Program-made: the position numbers and the translations under genes | DNA from: Candidatus Zhuqueibacterota bacterium | GTDB taxonomy: Bacteria; Zhuqueibacterota; QNDG01; JABMRT01 | NCBI GenBank assembly: GCA_013202295.1 | Contig: JABMRT010000064.1 | Coordinates: forward strand, 3,362 to 67,361 | Direction of reading: 5' to 3' | Length of the DNA stretch: 64,000 nt | Notes under the pieces: model-generated | Seen by the model: only the letters and a program-made list of their open reading frames with translations | What the model was told of the DNA's origin: nothing | Databases searched by the model: none | Shown: positions 7,511 to 18,600 of the stretch, piece after piece | Layout: every line of letters starts with the position of its first letter | How positions within the stretch are numbered: the stretch's first letter is position 1

Positions 7511-10272
7511 CAGAGTATATTAATCCGTTTTACTGCAAAATTGGCCTTTGCTACACCGGCCGGACTCAGCCGGATCAGCCGTGATTTTGGATCATTCAGA
7601 AAATCCATCGAATTACAGAAGAGATCCACTTCCTTTGGCAAAGTCCGTTCATTGAGCCGCAATACATGCTGTCCGGGATCCACATTGGGAATGGAAAATT
7701 TGCCGAACTCATCAGTAATGACACGGGTGCCATCCTCCATAATCAATTCGATCTGTCCGAATGTGGTTTCGTTGTCATCATGCATGCCGTTTTCGTTCTC
7801 ATCTTGATAAACCTTGCCGAAGATGAAGCCCCGATCATCAAACGCGCCTCGACGAATCATTATCGCTGCGATGGCTTCGTCTGAATAAATCCAGTCTCCG
7901 AACTCACATTGCCCGGCTGCGATCACACGGTTTTCGTGCTCACCCAATCCCACAGAAAGGCCTACAATCACCCGGTACTTTAACTGAAAACTCTTACCCG
8001 GTTGAAGTGTGTCTGTCACCATCCAGGTCATTGTTGAACCATTAATCCCTGGATCCATGAAGGGCTTGGATTCGAGACGACTTGTTCCGGTCTCATAGCG
8101 GAATCCTTCGGGCATCCGGTCCTTCACCTCAATGGGGGTCAACCAGCTCTCCTGACTTTTATTCTCCAAAGTCACTGTGTACGTCAGAATGTCTCCAACT
8201 TCGGATACCTTGCGATTGACCGTCTTTTTCACAGAGAGGAAGGGTTGAAGTAATTTGGTTCTTGCTTCAGACCGTTCATCATCCATCGTTTTTACTGTGT
8301 CCTGACTGAAATGGATTTCAGCACGGTTTTCGATTTCGCGAATACCCGGGCCAATATCCTCAACAACAATCGCACGTAGAATGATGGAATCAGGTTCAGA
8401 TGTCAACAGTCCGATGCGGCGCATTCGCAACTGATTTGTCACCGGATCATACGATTCCATTTCCAGAACGGGTTTCTGAACAATTTCATCCGGAAGGAGT
8501 CGTATTTCTCTGGGAAGATAATCCACGATATAAACTGTATCCATTACATTGTGTTCTGTCGTGCCATACCAGATGGTGTATGTGAGGGTGTCACCGACCT
8601 CAGCACGTTTCAGATCAACCTTCTTGTAGGCGAATACGGATCCTGAAATATCCACTGGCTCTGTGTTTGTGGCACATGAAGAGACGGCCACGGATGAGGT
8701 GTGGCTGTCAGAGAGCCATGCAGTATTCTCGATCAGAGTACCGAGTTCAACCGATTCACTGATTCGCGTCATCAAGGTGAGCGTATCCGTCAATCCGGGA
8801 ACCAGACTGGTTGCCGTCCAGATCACGATGTGTGACTCCGGATCGTAGACATGATCTCCTGACGCGTCGATAAATTCCAGAAATTCAGGAAGTGTATCTC
8901 GCAATACCGATTCATGTGCAATCGCAGTGCCGTGATTGACGCATGTGATGGTATAAATCAGAGTATCACCGGGTGAGGCAGTTGCTTGCGATTCCTTGAC
9001 CACAACCAGAACAGGTTGCGATGAAACCGTGATCGACCACAATGAAGTATCTTGCAGACCTTCAGAACAGGTGATTTTTGCAATGTTGTCAATCACCGTC
9101 TGATCATCAATAGGCATTTGGATGACCGTTTCGAGTTCGAGTGTATCGATGAACCCGGGCTGCATTTCCCCGAGATGCCAGACCACGGTATCGGCATTTG
9201 CGACCGGATCATGGGTGGCACTCAAATAAGACAGCCAACTCGACAGAGTATCCCGCACAATGACATTATGTACGGATCTGACACCGGAATTACCCACTGC
9301 GATTTTATACAGTATGGTATCTCCAGCTGTAAAGAGTGAATCATCCGCGAACTTTTCGATGAAGAGATTGCCGCCGTATCCCAAACAGGCAGAGGCTGTA
9401 TCCGCAGTATCAACTGCACCCTCCGCGCATTTCAAATAGGCGAAATTGAAGATCGAGTCTGTTCCTGCCTCAGCCAGAATTTCAACTTCCAGATCGATTT
9501 CGGATTCTTCTCCCGCAGCCAATGTGGGTACGATCCAATGAAACACGCCATTGGATGTATCCGCCGGTTCGGAGGAAGTAATAAAACGGGTCCCATGGGG
9601 AAGGGTATCGTTCACAACGAGCTGTGTCAGGGTCATGGGACCCGTATTTTTTATCCGTAAGCCATAGGTCAGGGTATCGCCGATGAAAGCAGATTCCTGA
9701 TCTACGGTTTTATCGATCTTTACTGCCGGCCAAGGCTGCCAAACCGTAGCAAGTGCTTTGGAATGGCCTCTGTAGCCGTCCTGGGTTTCGTAATACGCTG
9801 TATTGATTACAGAATCCTGGTAGACGGCCTCGATAATTTTACAATGTAATTGGATATTTACTACGCCACCGACTCTGATTTCCGGGATCAGCCATTCAAT
9901 GACATTTCCCGTGACCTGGCCGGTGGGATTTGACTGTACGTAAGACAGCATATGATCAAGCGAGTCCCGGATGGTCACATTGGTTAATGTGGATTCATCC
10001 ATATTTCTCACCTTGATATGATACTCGATTGTATCGCCCAATGCAACCAGCTGGGCATCGGTGGTTTTCTCGATGCTCACCAATCCCTCCCGGACCCGTG
10101 TCACGACCGTGTCGCTCGGCACTTCCATCACCACACCGCCACCGCCATCATAAGCGGCGTGAGCAACGTTGGTGATCTCCGTCCCTGGCGGAGTCTGGGC
10201 CCAACCTGAACCAAAGGCCAGGATGGACAGGAGCCCTAAGAGAAAGAGAGGTTTTTGGACGAAACGTTTCAT
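7510..10272 (-). CDS. Secreted protein with N-terminal DUF11 donor-strand segment, six complete DUF11 (isopeptide-type) repeats and a C-terminal SdrD-B-like domain
   Basis: Mature start QTPPGTEITNVA; six units K(T/F/E/K)..GD.(I/L).Y....D.(L/M).....N; then 'GKVYQDENENGMHDDNE...TDEFGKFS'. Confidence 0.8.
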   Translation of the reverse strand: MKRFVQKPLFLLGLLSILAFGSGWAQTPPGTEITNVAHAAYDGGGGVVMEVPSDTVVTRVREGLVSIEKTTDAQLVALGDTIEYHIKVRNMDESTLTNVTIRDSLDHMLSYVQSNPTGQVTGNVIEWLIPEIRVGGVVNIQLHCKIIEAVYQDSVINTAYYETQDGYRGHSKALATVWQPWPAVKIDKTVDQESAFIGDTLTYGLRIKNTGPMTLTQLVVNDTLPHGTRFITSSEPADTSNGVFHWIVPTLAAGEESEIDLEVEILAEAGTDSIFNFAYLKCAEGAVDTADTASACLGYGGNLFIEKFADDSLFTAGDTILYKIAVGNSGVRSVHNVIVRDTLSSWLSYLSATHDPVANADTVVWHLGEMQPGFIDTLELETVIQMPIDDQTVIDNIAKITCSEGLQDTSLWSITVSSQPVLVVVKESQATASPGDTLIYTITCVNHGTAIAHESVLRDTLPEFLEFIDASGDHVYDPESHIVIWTATSLVPGLTDTLTLMTRISESVELGTLIENTAWLSDSHTSSVAVSSCATNTEPVDISGSVFAYKKVDLKRAEVGDTLTYTIWYGTTEHNVMDTVYIVDYLPREIRLLPDEIVQKPVLEMESYDPVTNQLRMRRIGLLTSEPDSIILRAIVVEDIGPGIREIENRAEIHFSQDTVKTMDDERSEARTKLLQPFLSVKKTVNRKVSEVGDILTYTVTLENKSQESWLTPIEVKDRMPEGFRYETGTSRLESKPFMDPGINGSTMTWMVTDTLQPGKSFQLKYRVIVGLSVGLGEHENRVIAAGQCEFGDWIYSDEAIAAIMIRRGAFDDRGFIFGKVYQDENENGMHDDNETTFGQIELIMEDGTRVITDEFGKFSIPNVDPGQHVLRLNERTLPKEVDLFCNSMDFLNDPKSRLIRLSPAGVAKANFAVKRINIL

Positions 10273-10303
10273 GCTTTGTTATTGCTATCCCGCATCAAGT
10301 CAA

Positions 10304-11965
10304 TTAGTTAATGGTGACTGTAAATGAAACAGAAACCGGTGTGGAGGTCGTTACAGTACCCAGATTAAAAGTGGCTGTGCCTGCAACACAGGACGCCTCA
10401 TCCGCATCTGCAAGATCGGTTTTACCCGCTGCACCGATTTTGAGACTGCCGGCTTTGTACGATGTATTCCCAGGAATGGGATCAGTGATCACCACAGTAC
10501 CTGCATCAGCAGAGCCGCTGTTGGTTACAGTCACCGTGTAGACCAGGTCGGTTCCAGGAGGCTGATCACCAGCCGGAAGGACTGATTTCACTAGGGCAAG
10601 GAAGGGTGCCTCCACATCCGTAGTCAAGGCCTCATCATCACTCGTTGTGCCGTTATCCGAAGTAAATGTGACTGTGGTGACGTCTTGCGTACCATCAGCC
10701 GTGCCACCGGGAATAGTTGCGATGGCGATAATCTGGACATTTTCACCTGAAAGAATATCGTCAGTATCCACTGTGCCATCCGCATCAGTATCTGCAAGCA
10801 CGCTGTCGTCGCTTTCGTCATCATTTTTCTGAGTGTCAAGATAAAACACCCAGGTCCAACCCTCACCCACATCTTTTGACCAGTTGTAATTGTCTGTACC
10901 ATTTCCAGTGTTTGTAACTACAAGGAGGTATTTTACGGTAGAGCCGGAGTCACCCACTTTATCAGGATCGACGCTGGTTACGGTCACGTCATAGGTGCGG
11001 GTGACATCGACGTCTTCACTCAGATCAACCTGAGTATAGGCTGTGCCCGCGCTGTTCTTGTAATTGATTTCAGCTGCATCTGAGATGGTACCCGTCGCAT
11101 CGTTATTCACAGTCACCTGAAATGTGATGATCACATTGCCACTTGCTGCCACTGTGCCCACATTGATTGTACCTGTGCCACTACTCCAGATGCCGTCACC
11201 CGGATTCACTGCGGCACCGGCACCACTGCCATCAGCATCGTATGTTGTAGTACCTGCATTGTATGTGGTATTTGCCGGGATATGAAGTGTCGCCACTGTG
11301 GTTAATGCGGATTCATTACCATCATTGTCAAAATCCACTGTATAGGTGATGGTTTCACCCGGGTTGTAAGTGGGCTGATCTGCAACGAGTGAACCGGTGA
11401 TTGTAGCCAGGGTTGCGGTTGTCACTACCACATCAGAGGTACTGACAGCACCAACATATTGTGATGTGGCTGTTATCTCGGATGTGGTCTGATCGTTTTG
11501 GCTGGCACTGACGTTGGTCACTCTTAGGAGTACATTCATAGCCTCATCCGCGTCAAGTTCGTAGGTGCCGGAAATGAGCAAATCAGTACCGTCATCATAG
11601 ACTCCCACAGTGCCCAAATCCTGATACAGAACGACTGTAAATTTAGTGTCATCTGTATTGGTCATGGCGATCGCGAAATCGTCTGTGAAGTTACCGGTAT
11701 TGGTGACCACATGCGAGTAAACCACGGAACTTTCGTTGGCTACAAACTGATCTGCAGGTAAAGTAATGGTCACTCCCGGGTCTTCTTTCACTCGGGTTTG
11801 AATGATGTTTGAAGACACGCCTGGCATCGGATTGCCGCCACCATCATTATATGTACCAGTGGCCTGGTTGGAAATCATTGTGCCGGCCGGCGTACCCGCT
11901 GCAAAAGACTGTGCCGCAAATCCGAGGATAAGCAGCACTGCGAGCAGTAAAGATGTACGTTTCAT
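10304..11965 (-). CDS. Pilin-like secreted protein (553 aa): N-terminal donor segment, Ig-like domains, C-terminal truncated DUF11 acceptor
   Basis: Start moved to ATG 11965 (RBS AAAGGAG, signal MKRTSLLL...AQSFA). Mature AGTPAGTMISNQA; ends LALVKSV...YTVTVTNSG...ITDPIP...SFTVTIN-stop. Confidence 0.8.
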   Translation of the reverse strand: MKRTSLLLAVLLILGFAAQSFAAGTPAGTMISNQATGTYNDGGGNPMPGVSSNIIQTRVKEDPGVTITLPADQFVANESSVVYSHVVTNTGNFTDDFAIAMTNTDDTKFTVVLYQDLGTVGVYDDGTDLLISGTYELDADEAMNVLLRVTNVSASQNDQTTSEITATSQYVGAVSTSDVVVTTATLATITGSLVADQPTYNPGETITYTVDFDNDGNESALTTVATLHIPANTTYNAGTTTYDADGSGAGAAVNPGDGIWSSGTGTINVGTVAASGNVIITFQVTVNNDATGTISDAAEINYKNSAGTAYTQVDLSEDVDVTRTYDVTVTSVDPDKVGDSGSTVKYLLVVTNTGNGTDNYNWSKDVGEGWTWVFYLDTQKNDDESDDSVLADTDADGTVDTDDILSGENVQIIAIATIPGGTADGTQDVTTVTFTSDNGTTSDDEALTTDVEAPFLALVKSVLPAGDQPPGTDLVYTVTVTNSGSADAGTVVITDPIPGNTSYKAGSLKIGAAGKTDLADADEASCVAGTATFNLGTVTTSTPVSVSFTVTIN

Positions 11966-12051
11966 TTTGATTCTCCTTTGATCAATATTATTTGTTCTGT
12001 TATTTTGTTTTCTTCCTGTTTCTGATAAAACTTGATGAGCCATTGTTTTTT

Positions 12052-12105
12052 TTAGGGTGGATCGTGGCCCGGCGATCCGCGAGTTGTTACCTTTCGGGAT
12101 ACCAT
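12052..12105 (-). CDS. Putative 17-aa leader peptide MVSRKVTTRGSPGHDPP
   Basis: Strong SD AAAGGAGG 6 nt before ATG 12105; TAA at 12054-12052; lies in the roughly 200-nt gap before the pilin-like gene. Confidence 0.45.
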   Translation of the reverse strand: MVSRKVTTRGSPGHDPP

Positions 12106-12162
12106 AAGCATCCTCCTTTCTTTTCTTTATATATATATTGCCTGTATTATTCATTTTTTGCT

Positions 12163-12633
12163 TTACTCAACTACAACTTTGAATGAGAGAGTTTTTTGAC
12201 TGTCAGCAGGAATGGATTCCCGTATCATCCATTTGATATGTGTGATTTCACCAGGTCGGGTGTCGCGAGCGTTTTGATCTCCGGATGCGGGCAGCCTGAC
12301 GGGCCATTCTGAATAGCGTATTCCCTGATTTACAGAGAAGAGGATCCTGCAATTCTCACCTGCGGCTGATTCTGCGATGTACTGCACGCCTTGCGGGATG
12401 GGATCCACAATTTCCGGATCGGTCATTACGCCATCGCCTGTGTTTTTGGCGAGGATGACGTACTCGATTGTGTCGGATGGGGCGTAAACCACATCCGCAC
12501 CGCTTGTTTCTTCAGCGGTCATGTTCACTTTGCGATCCTGGATTTCGATTTCCAGTTTTGGCTGGCCTTGCGCATACAGACTTGCTGAAATGAGCAGCAG
12601 TCCAATGATCCAGATGTTCCTAAGGCTTTTCAT
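12163..12633 (-). CDS. Small secreted single truncated-DUF11 protein (candidate assembly chaperone/cap)
   Basis: Signal peptide; 'PSDTIEYVILAKNTG...IVDPIPQG...ITHIKW...LSFKVVVE-stop'; RBS AAGGAG. Confidence 0.75.
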   Translation of the reverse strand: MKSLRNIWIIGLLLISASLYAQGQPKLEIEIQDRKVNMTAEETSGADVVYAPSDTIEYVILAKNTGDGVMTDPEIVDPIPQGVQYIAESAAGENCRILFSVNQGIRYSEWPVRLPASGDQNARDTRPGEITHIKWMIRESIPADSQKTLSFKVVVE

Positions 12634-12647
12634 GGTATTCTCCTTGA

Positions 12648-15600
12648 TTAGTTGATCGTCACTTCAAATGAAATTGAGCCGCTGCCACCCGGAGCGAGTA
12701 ACGCTCCACGCTGGAACTGAAGGTGGGTGACTGGAGCCGTTTGAGAGGCGTTGTAACTGCCTCCGCCATCATGGCTGAATAAAATGGTCGTGCCACTGCC
12801 TGTGGCCGAATTTTCGACATATGTTGTGTTCGGTGGAACTTGATCTAAAATGATAATTGTGGTCGCGTCCGCGTCCCCTGCGTTGGAATAATCCACAGTG
12901 TAGGTGAGCGTGTCGCCGGGTGCCGCGTTGGCCTTGTCCACGCCCTTCACGAGTACGAGAAGCGGCGCGGGATCAGGATCACCTGTGCCCTGAATTGCGA
13001 AGGTATAGGGATTTTCATCCGTATCGTCATTTGCGATGGAAATGGTTGCACTGCGTACACCGGTCGCGCTTGGATCAAAAGTGATTTGGAATGTGGTGCT
13101 GTCTCCGTATTCGATCATGTTCGATGGAGTAATGGTCACGCTAAAGTCGGCTGCATGTGTGCCGCCAATGGTTACATAGGGCGAAGCGTCCGTCAGATTC
13201 AATGTATCGCTGCCGATGCTGTGGATTTTGAATATCCTCGTGATCGCTGGGCCTGAAAGTTCTGTGTTCCCAAAGTCAGTGAAATCCGATGCATCGGGTG
13301 TGACATCTCCACTTGTGATGGAAATCTTGTTGCCCTGAACATCCATTTCTGGAACAGCTGTACCTGTGCCCTGAATTGCGAAGGTGTAGGGATTCTCATC
13401 CGAGTCATCATTGGAAATCGAGATGGTAGCCTGCCGCAATCCCTCAAGGGTTGGATTGAAAGTGACCTCAAACGTGACAGATCCGCCGCCCGAACTTACT
13501 GTGCTGGATGCAGGCTGCTGGCTGACAAGGTAATCACCTGCATTGGCTCCGCCGATTTCGATGATGGGTATGCCAGTCAGATTGAGATCATCGCTGCCTG
13601 TATTATAGATAGTAAACGTATGAACCGCTGTTCCGGTTAAAATGTCCTGACTGCCAAATTCTGTGTCGTCACTGACGCCGGGTGTGGCATCGCCATCCAC
13701 AATCGAATTACCCAGTCCCTGAACATCCATCTCAGCAGCTGCGGTACCCGTGCCCTGAATCGAGAAGTTGTATGGATTTTCATCCAGATCTGTATTGGCA
13801 ATAGAGATTGCCGCAGAGCGCAATCCGGTAGCAGATGGATCAAATGTAACCTGAAATGTAACGGTTCCACCACCGGAAGTTACTGTTGAAGAAGCAGGCT
13901 GTACATTCACAGTAAAATCACCGGCGTGCGCGCCGCTAATTTGGACGATGGGATTATCGGTCAGATCGAGATCTGAACCACCCGTGTTCTCTATAGTATA
14001 GGTGCGAATAACCGAACCGATGGCCAAATCCGTATTTCCAAAATCAGAGTGATCCAAAACATCTGGTGTGTTATCGCCATCCGCAATAGAAACACTGTTG
14101 CCCTGAACATCCATTTCGGGAGCGAGTCCGGTTCCCTGAATGTCAAAGTTGTAGGGATTTTCATCCGGATCGTTGTTGATAATGCTAATCGATGCCTGTC
14201 GTGTCCCGCCCGCACTCGGATCAAAGGTGACCTGGAATGTCGTACTCGAAGCCGGTGTCACTGTACCGGCAGGCTGTACATTCACGGTAAAGTCACTTGC
14301 ATGTGTTCCTGAGATTGCTACAGTTGGAGTTCCATTTAAGGTCAGATTGGCTGCACCTATATTAAATATAGTAAAGGTGTGCACCACGGTTCCTGATGAG
14401 ACGAGTATACTTCCAAAATCAGTGTCATCCGTAACATCGGGTGTAACATCGCCATCTGTAATGGAATTGCCCAGGCCCTGAACATCCATTTCAGGTGAGG
14501 TAAGCTGATACATACCCGCATCCACAGAGGGATTAAAGTTGTTGAGCGTCAGGGTGTAATAGTTGGTATAGATCTGTCCGTTGTTGACATCGCTGTCCAG
14601 AGCATCATTGCCACCCAGATTTGCCGGGCTGAATACATATCCGCCCGGCAGATTGGTAAATTCTGCTCTGTAATTTCCGGGTGGTGTCACTCCTGCGAAG
14701 AAGTAAACACCGTAAGCATCTGTGGTTGTGGTTTGGACAATAGTGCCATTGGCCTGAGAACGGAGATTGACTGTAACACCCGGTACACCGGTTTCACCTG
14801 TATCCTGAATGCCGTCCTGATTTGTGTCATCCCATACATAATCACCGATACCGGTTGTTATTACGCCGGCATCCCAGGAGTCTTCGATTACTCCCACACT
14901 TATGGTGATGTTTGCTGTTCGTCCCATGGCCGCATTGGCATCACTGTCAATTGCATCATTGCCGCCTACATCTTGTGTTGTAAATGCGAATCCAGCAGGC
15001 AGATTGCTGAATATGAGATAGTATTCTGATGGCGAAAGATTCTGAAATTTATAGGAGCCATCCGCAGCCGTTGTGGTTGAATTAAGAAAAGTGTCATCAC
15101 TTTCATAAATCGAGACAGTGACACCAGACAGCCCCAATTCACCTGCGTCTTGAAGACCATTGTTGTTATAATCGATCCAGACAAAATCACTGATCGTACC
15201 TGAATTGGGCATAGGCGCTGCGGCAAGTGGACAGGAGGCGCCATCGTTCACACTTAAATTGCCTGTACCTGTACCGATGTAAACACTTGCACCTGTAGTG
15301 CGATTGACCTTGTAAAGCCGTCCGCTCAGATTGTTGCCGACATATACATACCCATCATTGGCTGTCCAGGTTGCGCCCCAGGAACCGTTATTGAGTGCAG
15401 CATCGTAATCGTCGGCCAATTTGCCGGTTACGGCCCGTGTTCCGGCATTGCCGGTAGTCGGATCGAACCAATGCAGGTCCTTGTTGCTTACACCGTAGAA
15501 GATCCCATCGGCGGCCATATATGCGATATCTAAGGCGGCATAAGCAGTTCCAGAAATCGGCATGGCCGCAGACATCACATCTGTACTGATATCGTAAACA

Positions 15601-18600
15601 GCGTATTGCGTACCGGGACCACTAACGAAATACAGGTTCCCCGAAAGGTCACAGTCGCCTTTCCATGAGGCGATAGGTGAGGTCGCGGAAAGAACGACAA
15701 CTGTTCCGGTCGCGTCAATACGAACGACATGATCTCCAACGATTCCTGCGTCACGTTCCTGTCCATAGAGCAATCCGTCTTCAATGTTATAGCCGACTGC
15801 GTTCAGCCGATATCCGGCTGAGTTAATGATCGTATAGGTATAAGGATTGGTGCTGGCATCGAGATAGGTGATCTTGCCGTCTGTATCCATGATGTGGAAG
15901 AAATTAGGTACACAGGCGAGGGGAGCGCCGGGTCCGATGCCATTGCCCATGATTGCGAATGAGTAGGGGCTTTCATCAGAGTCGTCGCTTGTAATTGAAA
16001 GGGATGCGGTGCGCAATCCAATCATCGAAGGATCGAATGTGATTTCAAAGGTCACTCTGCTGCTGGATGCAATCGGAGAACTCGGCTGTATTGCTACAGA
16101 GAAGTCTGCCGCATCTGCGCCAAGAATCGAAACAAAAGGTGATCCAGTCAATGTGAGACTGGAACTGCCAAGGTTTTCAATGGTGTAAGTGACAGTAACG
16201 GTCGTACTATTTACATCGACGTCGCCGAAATAGGTGCTGTCTGTTGGGCTCGGTGTGTTGTCACCGTTCGCAATGCTGAGGCTGTTGCCCTGCACATCGA
16301 TTTCAGGGGCCATGGTGCCGGTACCCTGAATGTCGAAGTTATAGGGATTCTCATCTCCGTCATCGTTGTCAATACTGATCGAAGCAGACCTGAGACCCGT
16401 TGCAGAGGGATCAAATTCCACGGTAAATTCAACGGAACTTCCGGGAGAGAGGGGGGAGCTGGGCTGTAATGTGACGGTAAAGTCCGCTGCATGCGTGCCG
16501 GATATAACCACTTTCGGTGATCCGGTCAGGTTGAGATCGCCGGTGCCGTTGTTCTCAATCCAGAAGCTCTGGCTGGCTGTGCTGCCACCGATATCCACAC
16601 TGCCGAAATCCGTTCCATCCGCAGCGGCAGGTGTGTTGTCCCCATCCACGATTTCGATGGTGTTGCCTGTGACTGCCATTTCACCCAATCCAGAACCTGT
16701 ACCCTGAATATCAAAGTTGTACGGATCTTCATCTGAATCGGTGTTTGCGATGCTTATGGTTGCGGTTCTGAGACCGGAATCAGATGGATCGAATTTTACT
16801 ATAAATGTCGTACTGCCTCCACCTGAGGCAACCGGACTGGTTGGTTGTGCAGTCACAGTGAAGTCCGCTGCATGCGCACCACTGATTACTACTGCCGGGA
16901 CATCCGAAAGTGTCAGGCTTGCAGAGCCGTTGTTGATTATGGTGAATGTGTGTGAATCTGAACCTGATGCGACTGTGATGCCACCAAAATCTGTATCATC
17001 CGAAACATCGGGGGTGGCGTCCCCATCCACAATCGAACTGCCATTGCCCTGCACATCCATTTCAGCGGCAGCAGTTCCGGTTCCCTGAATGCTGAAGTTG
17101 TATGGATTTTCATCCGAATCATCATTTGCTATGCTGATGGTCGCTGACCGAAGCCCCGCCACGGTGGGGTTGAATTCCAAAGTAAACGTGGTAGTGCCGC
17201 CGCCCATGGCAATGGGTGTGGACGGATTGGCTGTTAATGAGAAGTCTGCGGCATGGGTGCCACCAATGATCACATAAGGTGATGCATCGGTTAGATTCAG
17301 ATTGAGTGAGCCCGAATTTTCGATGGTGAATGTATGTGAGACAGTTCCAGTCGTGATATCTGCATTGCCGAATTCTGTGTCATCAGAAGCATCCGGAGTT
17401 GCATCTCCATCCGAGATCGAACTGCCATTGCCCTGTACGTCCATTTCGGCGATTGCAGTTCCGGTTCCCTGAATGCTGAAGTTGTATGGATTTTCATCCG
17501 AATCATCATTTGCGATACTTATGGTTGCTGATCGAAGTCCCACAGCCGAGGGATTGAATTCCAGGTTAAATGTAGTAGTGCCGCCACCCGAAGCGACTGG
17601 CGTCGAAGGATTGGCTGTGAGTGTAAAGTCCGCCGCATGGGTTCCGCCGATGGTCACATAGGGAGATGCATCCGTTAGATTCAGATCGGCATTCCCGGTA
17701 TTTTGAATTGTGAAGGTATGTGAAACAGTTCCAGTCGTGATGTCCACATTGCCATATTCTGTGTCATCAGAATCATCCGGAGTTGCATCTCCATCCGTGA
17801 TCGAACTGCCATTGCCTTGTATATCCATTTCTGGAAATGCTGTGCCTGTGCCTTGAATGCTGAAGTTATAAGGATCTTCATCCGAGTCATCATTGGCGAT
17901 ACTGATTGTGGCTGTGCGCAGCCCTGCTACAGAAGGATCGAATTCCACAGTAAATGTGGTTGTGCCGCCACCCAAAGCAATGGGTGTGGATGGATTGGCT
18001 GTTAATGAAAAGTCTGCGGCATGGGCTCCGCCGATGGTCACATAGGGAGATGCATCCGTCAAGTTTAGATCAGCATTTCCGGTATTCTGAATTGTGAATG
18101 TGTGTGAAACGGTTTCAGTGGTAATATCTGCATTTCCAAATTCCGTATCATCTGCTGCATCGGGTGTGGCGTCTCCATCTGCGATGGAAGCACCATTGCC
18201 CTGCACGTTCATCTCAGGTGCGGTAATACCCGTACCCTGAATGCTGAAATTGTAGGGATTTTCATCCAAATCATTGTTGGCGATGCTGATTGTCGCGGTT
18301 CGCAAACCCGTAGCAGAGGGATCGAATTCCACCGTTAATGTGGTCGTGCCGCCACCTGAGGTGATGGGTGTGGATGGATTGGCTGTCAAAGAAAAGTCAG
18401 CAGCATGTGTACCGCCGATGGTCACATAGGGAGATGGATCGGTTAACGATAGGTCTAGTGAACCAGTATTTTCGATGGTGAATGTATGAGAGACGGTTTC
18501 GGTCGTAATGTCCGCGCTGCCAAATTCAGTATCATCCGCGACATCGGGGGTTGCATCGCCATCCGCGATAGATGCTCCGTTGCCCTGTACATCAATTTCA

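Noticed and set aside
11966..12154. 63-aa N-terminal extension of the 616-aa ORF
   Set aside because: The RBS and signal peptide point to ATG 11965; the extension is low-complexity intergenic sequence.
11966..12162. c-di-GMP or other known riboswitch upstream of the pilin-like gene
   Set aside because: A CC-GAAA-GG hairpin is present but I cannot see the conserved GEMM elements; an Rfam/Infernal scan would be needed.
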